A stretch of DNA of 19,028 nt from Octopus sinensis. Its lineage: Eukaryota. The stretch is from contig NW_021824296.1 of assembly GCF_006345805.1 (NCBI RefSeq), positions 1 through 19,028 of the forward strand, in the 5' to 3' direction. The notes below the pieces were generated by a model. It worked only from the letters and a program-made list of their open reading frames with translations, made no database searches and was not told the DNA's origin. The translations under genes were made by a program, and so were the position numbers. The first letter of the stretch is position 1, and the number at the start of each line of letters is the position of its first letter. Positions 1 to 10,650 of the stretch are shown here, piece after piece.

Positions 1-33
1 TTCCCAGGGTGACCACCTCAGTCGAACTGTTTT

Positions 34-43
34 CACACACACA

Positions 44-77
<34 letters not shown>
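34..77. repeat. (CA)n microsatellite
   Basis: Direct CA dinucleotide run with one interruption. Confidence 0.97.
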
Positions 78-79
<2 letters not shown>

Positions 80-395
80 GTCTACGACCACGTTCATCCA
101 ATGCGGCCGTTTTTTCCCCGCCTAAGTGTACTGTGTTGTCATAGGGAAATGTAACTGCTATTTCTAGTAAGTCGAATGACTACTTAGAAGATTAAATAGG
201 TTAAAGACAGGACCAGTGGTGGTGGTGGTGGTTGTGGTGGTGACAACGGGATGTTCTAACACCCTAAATATTAAAGACGATGCGTCGTGGGTGACCCTCA
301 AAATAAGGGGACAGACAGGGACTTTAGATTTTTTACAATCCAAAAGATATTTATTACAACCATTATTTTAAAAAAAAATTTATTAAATAGCATCT

Positions 396-546
396 CTCTT
401 TTACTCTTTTACTCGTTTCAGTCATTTGACTGCGGCCATGCTGGAGCACCGCCTTTAATCGAGCAACTCGACCCCGGGACTTATTCTTTTGTAAGTCCAG
501 TACTTATTCTATCGGTCTCTTTTGCCGAACCGCTAAGTGACGGGGA
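396..546 (-). mobile_element. SINE family A, 3' portion only
   Basis: TTTTACTCGTTTCAGTCATTTGACTGCGGCCATGCTGGAGCACCGCCTTT...GCCGAACCGCTAAGTGACGGGGA matches the 3' half of the full copies at 7680-8123 and 17229-17609; similarity stops abruptly at about 546. Confidence 0.9.
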
Positions 547-599
547 ATGCAGTTCCACAAAACTTCGATGAAATAAAACTGATAATTAAGGAAAAACAG

Positions 600-890
600 G
601 GCTGGGTCGAACTCGCGACGGCAAGCTCTGCTTTGGCAGAAGAATGAATAACCGCGGATATTTTTTGGACGAACCTGCTCACCACACAAGACACAACGGT
701 GTCAGGTTCGTAGTGGGAGAATGAGGTCAGCATTAGAAGAGTGAGTGGGATTTCTTCCTCGTCTTCGCATTCTCCCATCAACGAAAAAAATTACAAGAGA
801 GAGACTGCCAGAGAGTTTGAAACCGAGAAGGGCTTCCTCATAGCCACATCTCAACACAGATTTTCAGGAGAAAAGACAGATGAAGAGATG
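600..890 (+). pseudogene. Possible decayed RTE-clade LINE apurinic endonuclease fragment
   Basis: Frameshifted and stop-interrupted peptides LAEE*, IFWTNL, HTRHNGVRFVV, RSALEE, SPINE, TDEE occur in the order of remembered RTE endonuclease motifs (LAEEG, FFWxG, HGVGF, PINERL, DEEK). Similarity judged by eye only. Confidence 0.4.
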
Positions 891-934
891 GAGGTCGTGT
901 GCCTGTATATGTGTATTTCCTCATATACATGTAT

Positions 935-974
935 GTATATATACATATATAGTATATATATATATACATATATA

Positions 975-1020
<46 letters not shown>

Positions 1021-1027
1021 ATTATAT

Positions 1028-1067
<40 letters not shown>
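935..1067. repeat. (TA)n microsatellite, interrupted
   Basis: Direct TA runs. Confidence 0.95.
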
Positions 1068-1227
1068 TACACACAGTTTGTACTCTTTATACATCTAATT
1101 AAGATGCTACACTAATGTATATGCATATATGTATGTATACAAGTGTGTGTGTGTGTGTGTGTGCATATATTCAGCAGAAAGCGTATATAAGTTACTCAGT
1201 GACCGAGAGTTTCGTACACTGCTCAGC

Positions 1228-1263
<36 letters not shown>

Positions 1264-1457
1264 CATGCGTACACAACATACGACCTGAAAATATAAACAC
1301 ACCAAGTGTGTGTGTATATATATATATAATGTATATATATACACACACACGCGCGCACACACAGAGGGAGGGGGAGAGACCCTCCTTCTCCAAATCTTAA
1401 CGTAAACAAACCCTTCTTTCACATACTGAGTTAGTCCTACTTTGCTGCGAATCTCTC

Positions 1458-1594
1458 ACCACTCTCACTCTCTCTCTCACCCTTTCCTCCCCCTTATCCT
1501 TTTTCTTTTTCTTTCTCTTCCTTCCCCCTCCCCTCCCCTCTCTCTCTCTCTGTCTCTCTCATCCTCTCACTTTCTCTCTCTCTTTCTCTCTCTC
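1458..1594. repeat. Polypyrimidine (CT)n-rich tract
   Basis: Almost entirely C/T over about 135 bp. Confidence 0.9.
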
Positions 1595-1680
1595 TGGAAT
1601 TGCTTCCACTTGGCGGAAAACACTTTAATGAGTAACGATTAAAAAACACAGCCGACCATTAATAGTATACCATCACACAA

Positions 1681-1825
1681 CTACTACCACCACCACCACC
1701 ACCACCACTCCACTACTACCACTGATACTACCAGCGTCAAATACTGACTATACAGCTATATAGAAGCACCAACAAACATAACCACAACAATCACCACCAC
1801 CACCAACACCACCACTACTACTACT
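1681..1825. repeat. Degenerate (CCA)n/(CTA)n tract
   Basis: Interrupted trinucleotide runs. Confidence 0.85.
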
Positions 1826-1976
1826 ATAACCTAAGGGATCACGCCCCCATCCCATGGCCTCTGCAACAAGCCGCCAAATTTGCCTCCACCCCCCACCCCC
1901 ACTCCCCGACAAATCACATCCTAGTCTTAAACAAAGAAGAAGAAGAAGAAGAAACAACTCGCAAATAATGTAGTCC

Positions 1977-1978
<2 letters not shown>

Positions 1979-2008
<30 letters not shown>

Positions 2009-2139
2009 TGTATGTATGTATGTATGTGTGTATGTATGTATGTATGTATGTATGTGTATGTGTGTATGTAGTATGCATGTATGTATGTATGTATGTATGT
2101 ATGTATGTATGTATGTATGTATGTATGTATGTATGTATG
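1979..2139. repeat. (TATG)n microsatellite
   Basis: About 40 units; source of the MYVC-repeat ORFs. Confidence 0.97.
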
Positions 2140-2410
2140 CATTCGGATGTCTGGAAAATAAGAAGACACGAGCGGAAATCCAGCGATCGTAAGAGAGGTC
2201 GTCCCTCTGGCTCGTTCTAGATTGACCTGGGGCTAAAACAACAACAACTTGGTGACTACTACTACTACTACCACTACAACCACCACCACCACCACCACCA
2301 TGACAATAGGAATTCTTTTTAATAGCAATGAATAAGCTGTATTTTTAAACAATTCATATTGTCGAGGTTGGTTCTTCGAGTATACGCAGTCAATATATAT
2401 ATATATATAA

Positions 2411-2513
2411 TATTTTATAGAAGGAGCTTCTACAGGACTAGAACTGTTTCATTCAAAAGAAATCATCAGGAATGAAACAGTTCTAGTCCTGTAGAAGCTC
2501 CTTCTATAAAATA
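2411..2513. repeat. Perfect 44-bp inverted repeat with 15-nt spacer (fold-back element)
   Basis: 2411-2454 TATTTTATAGAAGGAGCTTCTACAGGACTAGAACTGTTTCATTC is the exact reverse complement of 2470-2513; spacer AAAAGAAATCATCAG. Confidence 0.95.
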
Positions 2514-2747
2514 AATTAATTTACTCTGCTATGTATTGAGTACCTTATTTACTGTGGTTAACCCCGACTCAACCCGGGACCTACATATATATATATATAT
2601 ATACGTGTGTGTAGATTTTATTAACCTGATCTGCCTTCGGTTGATTTCTGTAGCTTATCATCAGTGTTATTTTGGCGATTTAAATAAGAGTTTTGACTGT
2701 TATTTCTCGCAGGTTGACATACTTACTATGTCCTTTGATTATTGGCT

Positions 2748-2854
2748 ATTTCTTACTGATGATTCTAAGGGCCTATGGAAGATTGGCTTGATTTAATTTA
2801 ATCAGGTTAGTTTACCATTAAACAGTAGATGAAACGGTGCATCGTATAAGAAAT
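2748..2854 (+). ncRNA. Type I hammerhead ribozyme motif with long branched stem II
   Basis: Stem I ATTTCTTA (2748-55)/TAAGAAAT (2847-54), 8 bp perfect; core CTGATGA 2756-62; GAAA 2831-34; helix III ACG/CGT with loop GTGCAT; GUA cleavage triplet 2844-46; stem II base TCTA/TAGA. Confidence 0.75.
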
Positions 2855-2983
2855 TACAGGGTAAATGTTTTTTAATTTTCTCCTGGTTTACGGAATATGT
2901 GTTATTTGCGTTGTGTTGAAGCTTTGGCTGTTATTTTAGTGGGTGAATGGCCTATTATGGCCGTTCCTTGATTGTGTATATAT

Positions 2984-3015
<32 letters not shown>

Positions 3016-3363
3016 GCTGTGTGATTGAGGTTTTCGCAACCGTATGATTCACACTGAGCGGGAATTTCTTTCAAATATATATATATATATATATGAACAC
3101 ACACAAATTGGTATCCAATCACGACAGCAAATTGTATTTATTATATATTAAGCACGACATAATACTCATAGCAAGAATACACACACACTCACACATCGAA
3201 ATACGACATATACAGATCCAACAGTTCGAGAGAACCTGCAAGAGGTCGTCGCTCAAGCATGCAAGACATAGCAGACCAAAATCTCCTCAAAACGAAATCG
3301 AGCAAAATATCATAAACACACACACACACACACCACACACATATATATATATACATTATATAT

Positions 3364-3400
<37 letters not shown>

Positions 3401-3465
3401 TAAGAGAGTGACGAAGAGGAGATATACATTGCAAGGGATGCAAACGAAAACAGCTCGGTCAGGGT

Positions 3466-3603
3466 CGCTCGGCCTCCTCAGTCTCCTAGAATAGCAGCCA
3501 AATCTCTCTCATATCACCAGAGAGAGAGAGAGATTAAATAAAAAAAAAAAATACGGGAAAAGGACACGTCGGTGGACAATGTGACAATGTCGTCCTAGAC
3601 TGC
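3466..3603. mobile_element. Unclassified dispersed repeat D, degraded copy
   Basis: GGTCGCTCGGCC...TAGAATAGCAGCCAAATCTC...GGACAC...AATGTCGTCCTAGA is colinear with the copies at 9015-9160, 14758-14927 and 15135-15293. Confidence 0.6.
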
Positions 3604-3782
3604 GTGTGCACATTGAAAAACAAAAAACAAAACAGAAGCAAACAAAATAAATTTTAAAAAAAGTCGACTCCAGCAAGAGGGAGAACTACACAACAAAATT
3701 ACAGGCCATAACTGACTTGTAACGTGGAGAAAAGTCTTGCAACGTGGCAAATGCAATTAGGCTGCTGTTATTGTTGTTGCTG

Positions 3783-3899
3783 TTAGTAGTAGTAGTAGTA
3801 GTAGTAGCAGTAGCAGTAGTGGTGTCGTCGTAGTAGCAATAGTAGTAATGGTGGTGGTGGTGGTGGTGGTGGTGGTGGTGGTGGTGGTGGTAGTGGTTG
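3783..3899. repeat. Compound (TAG)n/(GTG)n microsatellite
   Basis: Direct trinucleotide runs. Confidence 0.93.
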
Positions 3900-4331
3900 T
3901 TTTAGCTTCAGGTTATTCCTAATTGAATATTCCCTTCTGAGCCACGACCAAGCCAGCCAGCCAGCCAGCCAGCCAGCCATCCGGTCTTCTGGAGAAGAAA
4001 CAAACAAACAAAAAAAAAAAAAGGTTGGCGGGGGGGGGGTACTTAAACTACATTACCTAATAATGTCTTCTGTCCTTCCATTACAAAACAACAACAACAA
4101 CAACAAACATTTTCTTTTTTTCTTTTTTTTTTTTTTTTTCTTAACGGTAGAACGAGCGTGATTTTAAGCGAAAGCGAGATTTGACTGCTATTTCGTGCAA
4201 AGCAGGTCATACGACCACTGAAAAGCGACCCTCCTCGTTGGCGCCTGGTTAATTGTGGTGGTGAGAGCTATGACGGTGTGCGCGCAAATGTGTTTGTCTG
4301 TGAGTGTGTGTGAGTGCGTGTGTGTGTGTGT

Positions 4332-4378
<47 letters not shown>

Positions 4379-4472
4379 GGTGGTGGCATGACATTTCTGG
4401 CGTTTTTATTTCTGGGTGTTGGTCTCGCAGGCTAGTTCTGAATCAAGCAAATATGATGATAACAATAATAAT

Positions 4473-4669
4473 CCTTCCTACTAAAGGTACAAGGCCTGAA
4501 ATTTTAGTGGGAGCGGGGTCTAGTCGATTACATCGGCCCCGCTATTTCACTAGTACTTAATTTATCGACCCCCAAAAGTATAAAAAGCATAGTCGCCCTC
4601 GGCGAAATTTGAACCCAGAACGTAAGCATTTCGCCCGACGTGCTATCGATTCGGCCAGCTCGCCGCCTT
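4473..4669 (-). mobile_element. SINE family B, near full length
   Basis: Minus-strand head AGGCGGCGAGCTGGCC with B-box GGGTTCAAATTTC; central ...GGGGTCGATAAATTAAGTAC; GGCCTTGTACC-type tail. Matches the copies at 17936-18545. Confidence 0.88.
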
Positions 4670-4711
4670 AGGCATAAGGTCATAACGTTTTTCTTTATTA
4701 ACCCTCTAAGA

Positions 4712-4887
4712 TATGCATGGGCAACATTTTAGGAGAAGCGGGCCGCAACGAGAGAAACATGGTTCCTCGTCAGGTGGGCCGCACTACTAGAAAACTTGGA
4801 GGTAATTTTAATAAACGTTATTTTCCTCGTGACATATTAAGAGTGCCATTCAGCAAAGGCCCGCGGGCCGCAGTTTGCCCATGACAG
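4712..4887. mobile_element. hAT (Charlie-like) MITE, copy 1
   Basis: Degenerate TIRs (TAT)GCATGGGCAAC ... GTTTGCCCATGACAG, subterminal GCGGGCCGCA motifs; 8-bp flanks CTCTAAGA/CACTAAGG (6/8) fit an aged hAT TSD; second copy at 14928-15051. Confidence 0.75.
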
Positions 4888-4953
4888 CACTAAGGGTTCA
4901 CATATACACAAAGTCTGAAATCTGAAAGAGGAAAAGGAGTTTAAAAGGAGTTT

Positions 4954-5052
4954 GTCGATTGTTTAATCGACACCCAAAACGAAAAGCAAAGCTAACCCGA
5001 CTACAGAGGGATTTGAACTCAGAACGTTAAAAAGAGTCGGAGAAATACTACC
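4954..5052 (-). mobile_element. SINE family B, degraded fragment
   Basis: AATCGACACCC...ATTTGAACTCAGAACGT...GAAATAC similar to the family B body and B-box. Confidence 0.6.
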
Positions 5053-5237
5053 GTAGTACCAACGCTTGTTCCACATTATAGATTACACATTGTTTAATGG
5101 TAGTCGTGGCATAAGTTAGTGTTTTCCTATAATGGGTGAGTGAGGTGCATTAGGTTTTTATTTTGTGTGTGTGTGCTTTTGGAGGAGTTGGGAATTTATT
5201 ACGGTAGCACGATCGCTGGTCACAATACGCTACACAT

Positions 5238-5495
5238 TGTTTTAGCTTTCGAACGACGCAACCCCGCTGGATAGGCGAGCAGGTCAAACATTCCACCACC
5301 CCTGACCGGAAGGCTGTTCCATCAAAGGTTACCCCATCTACAGCTGATTGTACAGTACAGGAGCGACCTGAAATGGAAGTGCTTTGCTCAAGAACACGAA
5401 ACGACGCGCCGCCCGCCCGGGCCTGGGAATCGAAACCGTTAATCTTGCGATCGCGAGTCGCAGTAATATCAACCACCAGGCCATGTGCCTCCCAC
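5238..5495 (-). mobile_element. tRNA-derived SINE family E-like, degraded
   Basis: Minus-strand head GGAGGCACATGGCCTGGTGGTT (A-box), GGTTTCGATTCCC (B-box), then GTGTTCTTGAGCAAAGCACTT, similar to 15931-16264. Confidence 0.75.
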
Positions 5496-5917
5496 AGAAA
5501 AATACTACTGGAGTTCAAATCCAACGAAAACTCCGGCCATGACAGACCACGATAGACAAGGACGGACCCCCGTGGTTTAACGGTGTTTGTTTGTTTATGG
5601 TGGTTGTGACGGACACAAAACCAACCCAACACCACTAACACTACCACCACCACCAGGGTTTTATGTGCTCGGGATGGTGGAATGAACGATGGAGGTGGTG
5701 ATGGTGGTGGTGAGTTGGGAGCAAATACTTTTTGACGCCCTTAATTTCCACCTAACGTACACGGGCCCAGTGGGGGTGGTCGAATTTTGCAGTGGCCCTT
5801 TTCACACTTGCGTCTTCCATGGACCACTGTCTCTTCTCATCATGCCACTTTTGTTTATACTGTCACCACAACCACCACCACCACCCACCATCATCATCGT
5901 CGTCGTCGTGGCATGCT

Positions 5918-5980
5918 TTTGAGTTCGAACCCCGCTGATATCGTCCGCTATATACTTTCATCTTTTGAAGGGTCAATAAT
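5918..5980 (+). mobile_element. SINE family B fragment (B-box and start of central domain)
   Basis: GAGTTCGAACCCCGC...CTTTCATCTTTTGAAGGGTCAATAA. Confidence 0.55.
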
Positions 5981-6025
5981 AATAATAATAATAATAATAA
6001 CAACAATAATAACAATAATAATAAC

Positions 6026-6059
<34 letters not shown>

Positions 6060-6087
6060 TAATAATAATATAATAATAATAATAATA
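5975..6087. repeat. (AAT)n microsatellite
   Basis: Direct trinucleotide run with AAC interruptions. Confidence 0.97.
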
Positions 6088-6446
6088 GAAAGCAGTGAAC
6101 GAATGATTATTCCCATATCAGTAGGGAGTTCTTTGATTGGTCCCAAATGGCAGAACCCCCAACAGAGAAGTCACGTTTTCAGTCCTTTGTATATTATTAG
6201 AGTTTATCTTTTTCTGTTATTATTACTATTTTTTTTTTTATTTTATTTTATTAATTTTTTTTTTTTTTTTGCTACCTGTCTTAATGTCATTCCAATCATA
6301 ACCCTTGTGGCAAATAAAACAAAACCCCCCCCCCAAAAAAAAATGCGAAAATAAAATAATCTAACGGAAGACTTAGTAGAAACACAACGCACACAAATGC
6401 ACAATCTACACTATTTATATATATATATATATATTTTTTTTTATTA

Positions 6447-6808
<362 letters not shown>

Positions 6809-7499
6809 GCGCGCGCGCACAAACACGAGGTGGGTCAAAAGTCACGCACCAAAACAATTCGACATTTCTATTTATATTGTTATCATCATTATTCGTTTTA
6901 TTCAGCGTGTAGAAAGGAGTGCGTGTGTATTCCTAATTTTATTTATTGCATTCAATTTTAGAAGAAAAAAAAAAAAAACTGAATCATGTTTTCGACAATT
7001 CCAGAGCCTACCGAATCTTATTTTGTGCGTGGCTTTTGGGCCCACCCTGTACACACACACACACACGTACGCACATTCACAAACGCACACAAACACACAG
7101 ACAACACGCACACGCGACTAATGTAATCATGCACACACGCACGCACGCAAAAAACATGCAACAGATCGCCTATTTAACAATCCTGACCTAAATACATGGG
7201 GGAGCCGTTTATTATGATCAAGGACAGTGTTGTCAAACGGTTACTGCTAGCAAAATTTTAATGGATCCTAATTCTAAACTCATATTCTTATTGCCTCCAG
7301 TCAGTGTCGCCCACCGCTTATTGTTATCGAAGACGTTCCGCTTTGAAGTGATCACAATAAGCAGCTCCTACTGTGTTCCATTGTTATATATATACATGTA
7401 CATATACACACTCGAAAAGAATAGCATAGACACACATACGATTTCGAATCATTAGATTGCATGTTCGAGTCTCGTCGCGGTCGATTCATTAATTTTAAC

Positions 7500-7550
7500 T
7501 AGCGGTGCCCCAGCACGGCCACAGGCTTAGGGCTAGAGCTCATAAAGGAA
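7500..7550 (+). mobile_element. SINE family A-like 3' end fragment
   Basis: GCGGTGCCCCAGCACGGCCACAG matches the family A 3' motif GCGGTGCTCCAGCATGGCCGCAG. Confidence 0.6.
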
Positions 7551-7679
7551 TGTCAATATATGTATATAATTTTCTCCGGGTGGATATATCTACAGCGAAA
7601 GGTCTTCCCCAGTCCGAAAGCACCCGAACGGGTTGAGTATAGTTGTATGTGTGTGTGTGCGTATGCGTGAATCATTAAT

Positions 7680-7915
7680 CTTTTATCTTTTACTCGTTTC
7701 AGTCAATGTCTGCGGCCATGCTGGGGCACCGCCTTGAAGAATATTTAGTCGAATGAATCGACTTCAGTACTTTTTTTTTTTTTAAGCCTGGTACTTATTG
7801 TATCGATCTCTTTAACCGAACCGTTAAGCTACGAGGACGGAAACACACGAATACCGGTTATCAAGCTGTGGGGGGGGGGGTGACACAAACTCAAACACAA
7901 AACCACACACCACCC

Positions 7916-7969
<54 letters not shown>

Positions 7970-8123
7970 TTCTTTCGGTTTTCGGGAATCAAAATTCACT
8001 CCCAAGGCTTGGATCGGTCGACCCGGGGATATAGCAGAAGACGTTTTCCCAAATTGTCACGCAGTGGGACTGAACCCGGAACCGTGTGGTTGGGAAGCAA
8101 GCTTCTTACCACACAACCACGCC
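7680..8123 (-). mobile_element. SINE family A, full length, with internal (TA)n
   Basis: Minus-strand tRNA-like head GGCGTGGTTGTGTGGTAAGAAGC...GGTTCAGTCCC (B-box at 8066-8076) and 3' end ...GACTGAAACGAGTAAAAGA. Confidence 0.92.
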
Positions 8124-8471
8124 AGTATGTATGTATGTATGTGTGTGTGTATGTATGATGTATGTATGTATGTATGTATGTATGTATGTATGTACACACA
8201 CACACATTGCAGAAAGCGATGAAAATTTGAGTGTGCATAAAATAAAGATCAGAATGCGAACTCATGATGCGAACACAACACCAGCAGCAGAGACAGCAGT
8301 ACCACAAAATACCCACGCTACCGTCACCGCCAACGACAACAAACCAACACCAACACCAACACCAACGCCCCCCCCCCTCTACAAAACAGTATCAACCACC
8401 ACTGAAGGCCAACGAAACAACACAAGCACCTTGACTGCAGCAACGGCAACACTTACAAAAAAAACCACTAA

Positions 8472-8795
8472 CACCACCACCACCACCACCACCACCACTA
8501 CCGATACGACTACCAACACAACCACGCCACCGCTGTCGCCACCATGGCCACCACCACCACCACCACCACTACCGATACGACTACCAACACAGACCACGCC
8601 ACCGCTGTCGCCACCATGGCACACACCCACCACCACCACCACTACCGATACGACTACCAACACAACCACGCCACCGCTGTCGCCACCATGGCCACCACCA
8701 CCACCACCACCACTACCGATACGACTACCAACACAACCACGCCACCGCTGTCGCCACCATGGCCACCACCATCACCACCACCACCACCACCACTA
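8472..8795. repeat. Minisatellite, 4 units of 71-73 bp built on (CCA)n
   Basis: Unit CTACCGATACGACTACCAACACAACCACGCCACCGCTGTCGCCACCATGG(CCA)n starts at 8498, 8569, 8642 and 8713. Confidence 0.95.
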
Positions 8796-9014
8796 CGACT
8801 GCTACAAGTGGTATGAGCACTAACGGCATACACTACTGTCAACACCTCTGCATTGACTACCACTTCGCACTAACACCACTACCAATATGACAATCGACAT
8901 GAATATTGCCTTTACAAACAGGTACGCTAGCACTACAACTCCAACCACCACCTCCACCTCCACCACACAACCACCACCACTACTCTAACAGGTCGAGCGA
9001 CTAACTACGTGGCC

Positions 9015-9160
9015 GGCCGCTCGACCTGTTAGAAATAGCAGTCAAATTTTCCTTAAAACACACCCTAACGGACTGAAATTTATAACAAAAAGAGCATTCG
9101 ATATGGACCTTAACTGAATAGATGTGAAAAAAAAGATACGGTTGGATGGTCATGGAAGGA
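9015..9160. mobile_element. Unclassified dispersed repeat D
   Basis: GGCCGCTCGACCTGTTAGAAATAGCAGTCAAAT...CACACCCTA...AAAAGATACGGTTGGATGGTCATGG; reverse-orientation homologues at 14758-14927 and 15135-15293. Confidence 0.7.
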
Positions 9161-10271
9161 ATATCTACGATCACTTGATCATATAGGTTAGCCTTAATTA
9201 TAGAGGGTGGTGAAAAACATCAACAAAAAGGCTAAAACGAGCCACCGCCGCAACACACACCTCTATCACTTCAACACTACAACAACAACAACAACTACTA
9301 CTACTACTACTACTACTACTACAACCAGCATCACCACCATACCAACACCGATACCACTCAAGCACCACAAACCATCACTAATATTTTCACGAACCAGCGA
9401 GAGGGCTTCTTATGTGGTCGCTAGAAATAATAGCCAAATCTTTCCACCCCCTTAATGAACATCCCACAGTCTTAGAGAAAAAGGACTAGTTGAATAACGT
9501 GGTTCCGGGTCCCCCAATGCATAAGGGACAAAAAGACGTGTTGATCACATGTAGAATATACATTTGATCGTAGGATCGCTCGTTTAGAGCTGGCGTGAAT
9601 GGGGTTACAGACCAAACGACAGCTTAATTCATATGTACAAAGCTCTAATGAAGAAACACTCATGTAGTCGATCGGCTTGCTAGAAACGGTAGCCAAATCA
9701 ATATCAAATTAGGGCACACTGAGTAATGAATGAAGTAGTCTTAAAAATCTAGGACTATCTAAGACTTAGTCGCAGAATCGAGGAAGGAAACGGCACACTG
9801 GATAATGTAGTCCTAGATACACTATTACTGAACCCCCTAAAGCTCGCTCTACCACAAAAAGAAACGAAAAAAACAAAAACAAAACAACAGTATGGTCACA
9901 GAATACATATGATCCTAACTGCGCTCGGTCCGAAAGCTGGCCCGGGGCTAAACAGCAACAAGTAGTTTAACTGGCGTTGACAACAGAGGGAAAACATGAT
10001 AGGAAAACAACTAGACTTTAAAGCAACTTGTAGCTGTCACCATTTGATCAACCCACACATGACGATATATATTCATCCACACAATAAATACATACACACC
10101 CGCATTTACAGTACATATATTTACACTCACATCACATTTTATCTGTCAATTTTCCAGGTGTGCTATTTTCCTTGCCTGCTCGTATTACATACATACATAC
10201 ATACTATCTCTCTCTCTCTCTCATAAACACACACACACACTCACACATACATGCATAATACATATCTTCAA

Positions 10272-10482
10272 TTTTTTTTTTACTTGTTACAATCATTGGA
10301 CTGTGGCCATGCTGGGGCACCACCTTTGAAGGTTTGTCAAACAACACGATTTCAGGATTTATTATTATTATTGCTATTTTTTTGTTTCGTTCTGTAACGC
10401 AAGGTACTTATTCCAGCGGTCTCTTTTTACCGAAACCACTGGGGGGAGGGGTGTAAACAAACGAACACCGGTTAACAAGACG
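10272..10482 (-). mobile_element. SINE family A, degraded 3' half
   Basis: GACTGTGGCCATGCTGGGGCACCACCTT...GGTACTTATT...CACCGGTTAACAAG. Confidence 0.8.
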
Positions 10483-10549
10483 TTGATATATAAATATATA
10501 CATACATGTATGATGTATGCATGTACGCAGATGATGATAGTGATGTATG

Positions 10550-10558
10550 ATAGGATAG

Positions 10559-10596
<38 letters not shown>

Positions 10597-10614
10597 AGAG
10601 AGATACATATGTAC

Positions 10615-10650
<36 letters not shown>
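10550..10650. repeat. (GATA)n followed by (TA)n microsatellite
   Basis: Direct runs. Confidence 0.9.

Noticed and set aside
2615-2670. Minus-strand CTGATGA...GAAATC...GATC hammerhead candidate
   Set aside because: Core, 3-bp helix III and AUC triplet are present, but neither stem I nor stem II pairs convincingly; at best a decayed copy.
4762-4775. Isolated CUGANGA heptamers (4768 minus, 3476 minus, 13064 plus)
   Set aside because: No downstream GAAA, helix III or NUH arrangement.
6120-6165. Similarity between 6120-6165 and 17147-17185 (GGGxGTTC..xGATTGGxCC)
   Set aside because: Too short and diverged to define; may be another old repeat.
7316-7364. 9-bp inverted repeat GCTTATTGT/ACAATAAGC as a pre-miRNA candidate
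   Set aside because: The inner region pairs poorly, and a few such 9-bp stems are expected by chance in 19 kb of AT-rich DNA.
8472-8795. CRISPR-like repeat array
   Set aside because: Units are contiguous and near identical with no unique spacers; eukaryotic context.
8086-8823. 245-aa ORF, longest in the window (Thr/Pro-rich, mucin-like appearance)
   Set aside because: Starts inside a SINE A head on the opposite strand, crosses (TATG)n, and changes repeat frame across 71-73-bp units; no splice or codon evidence.
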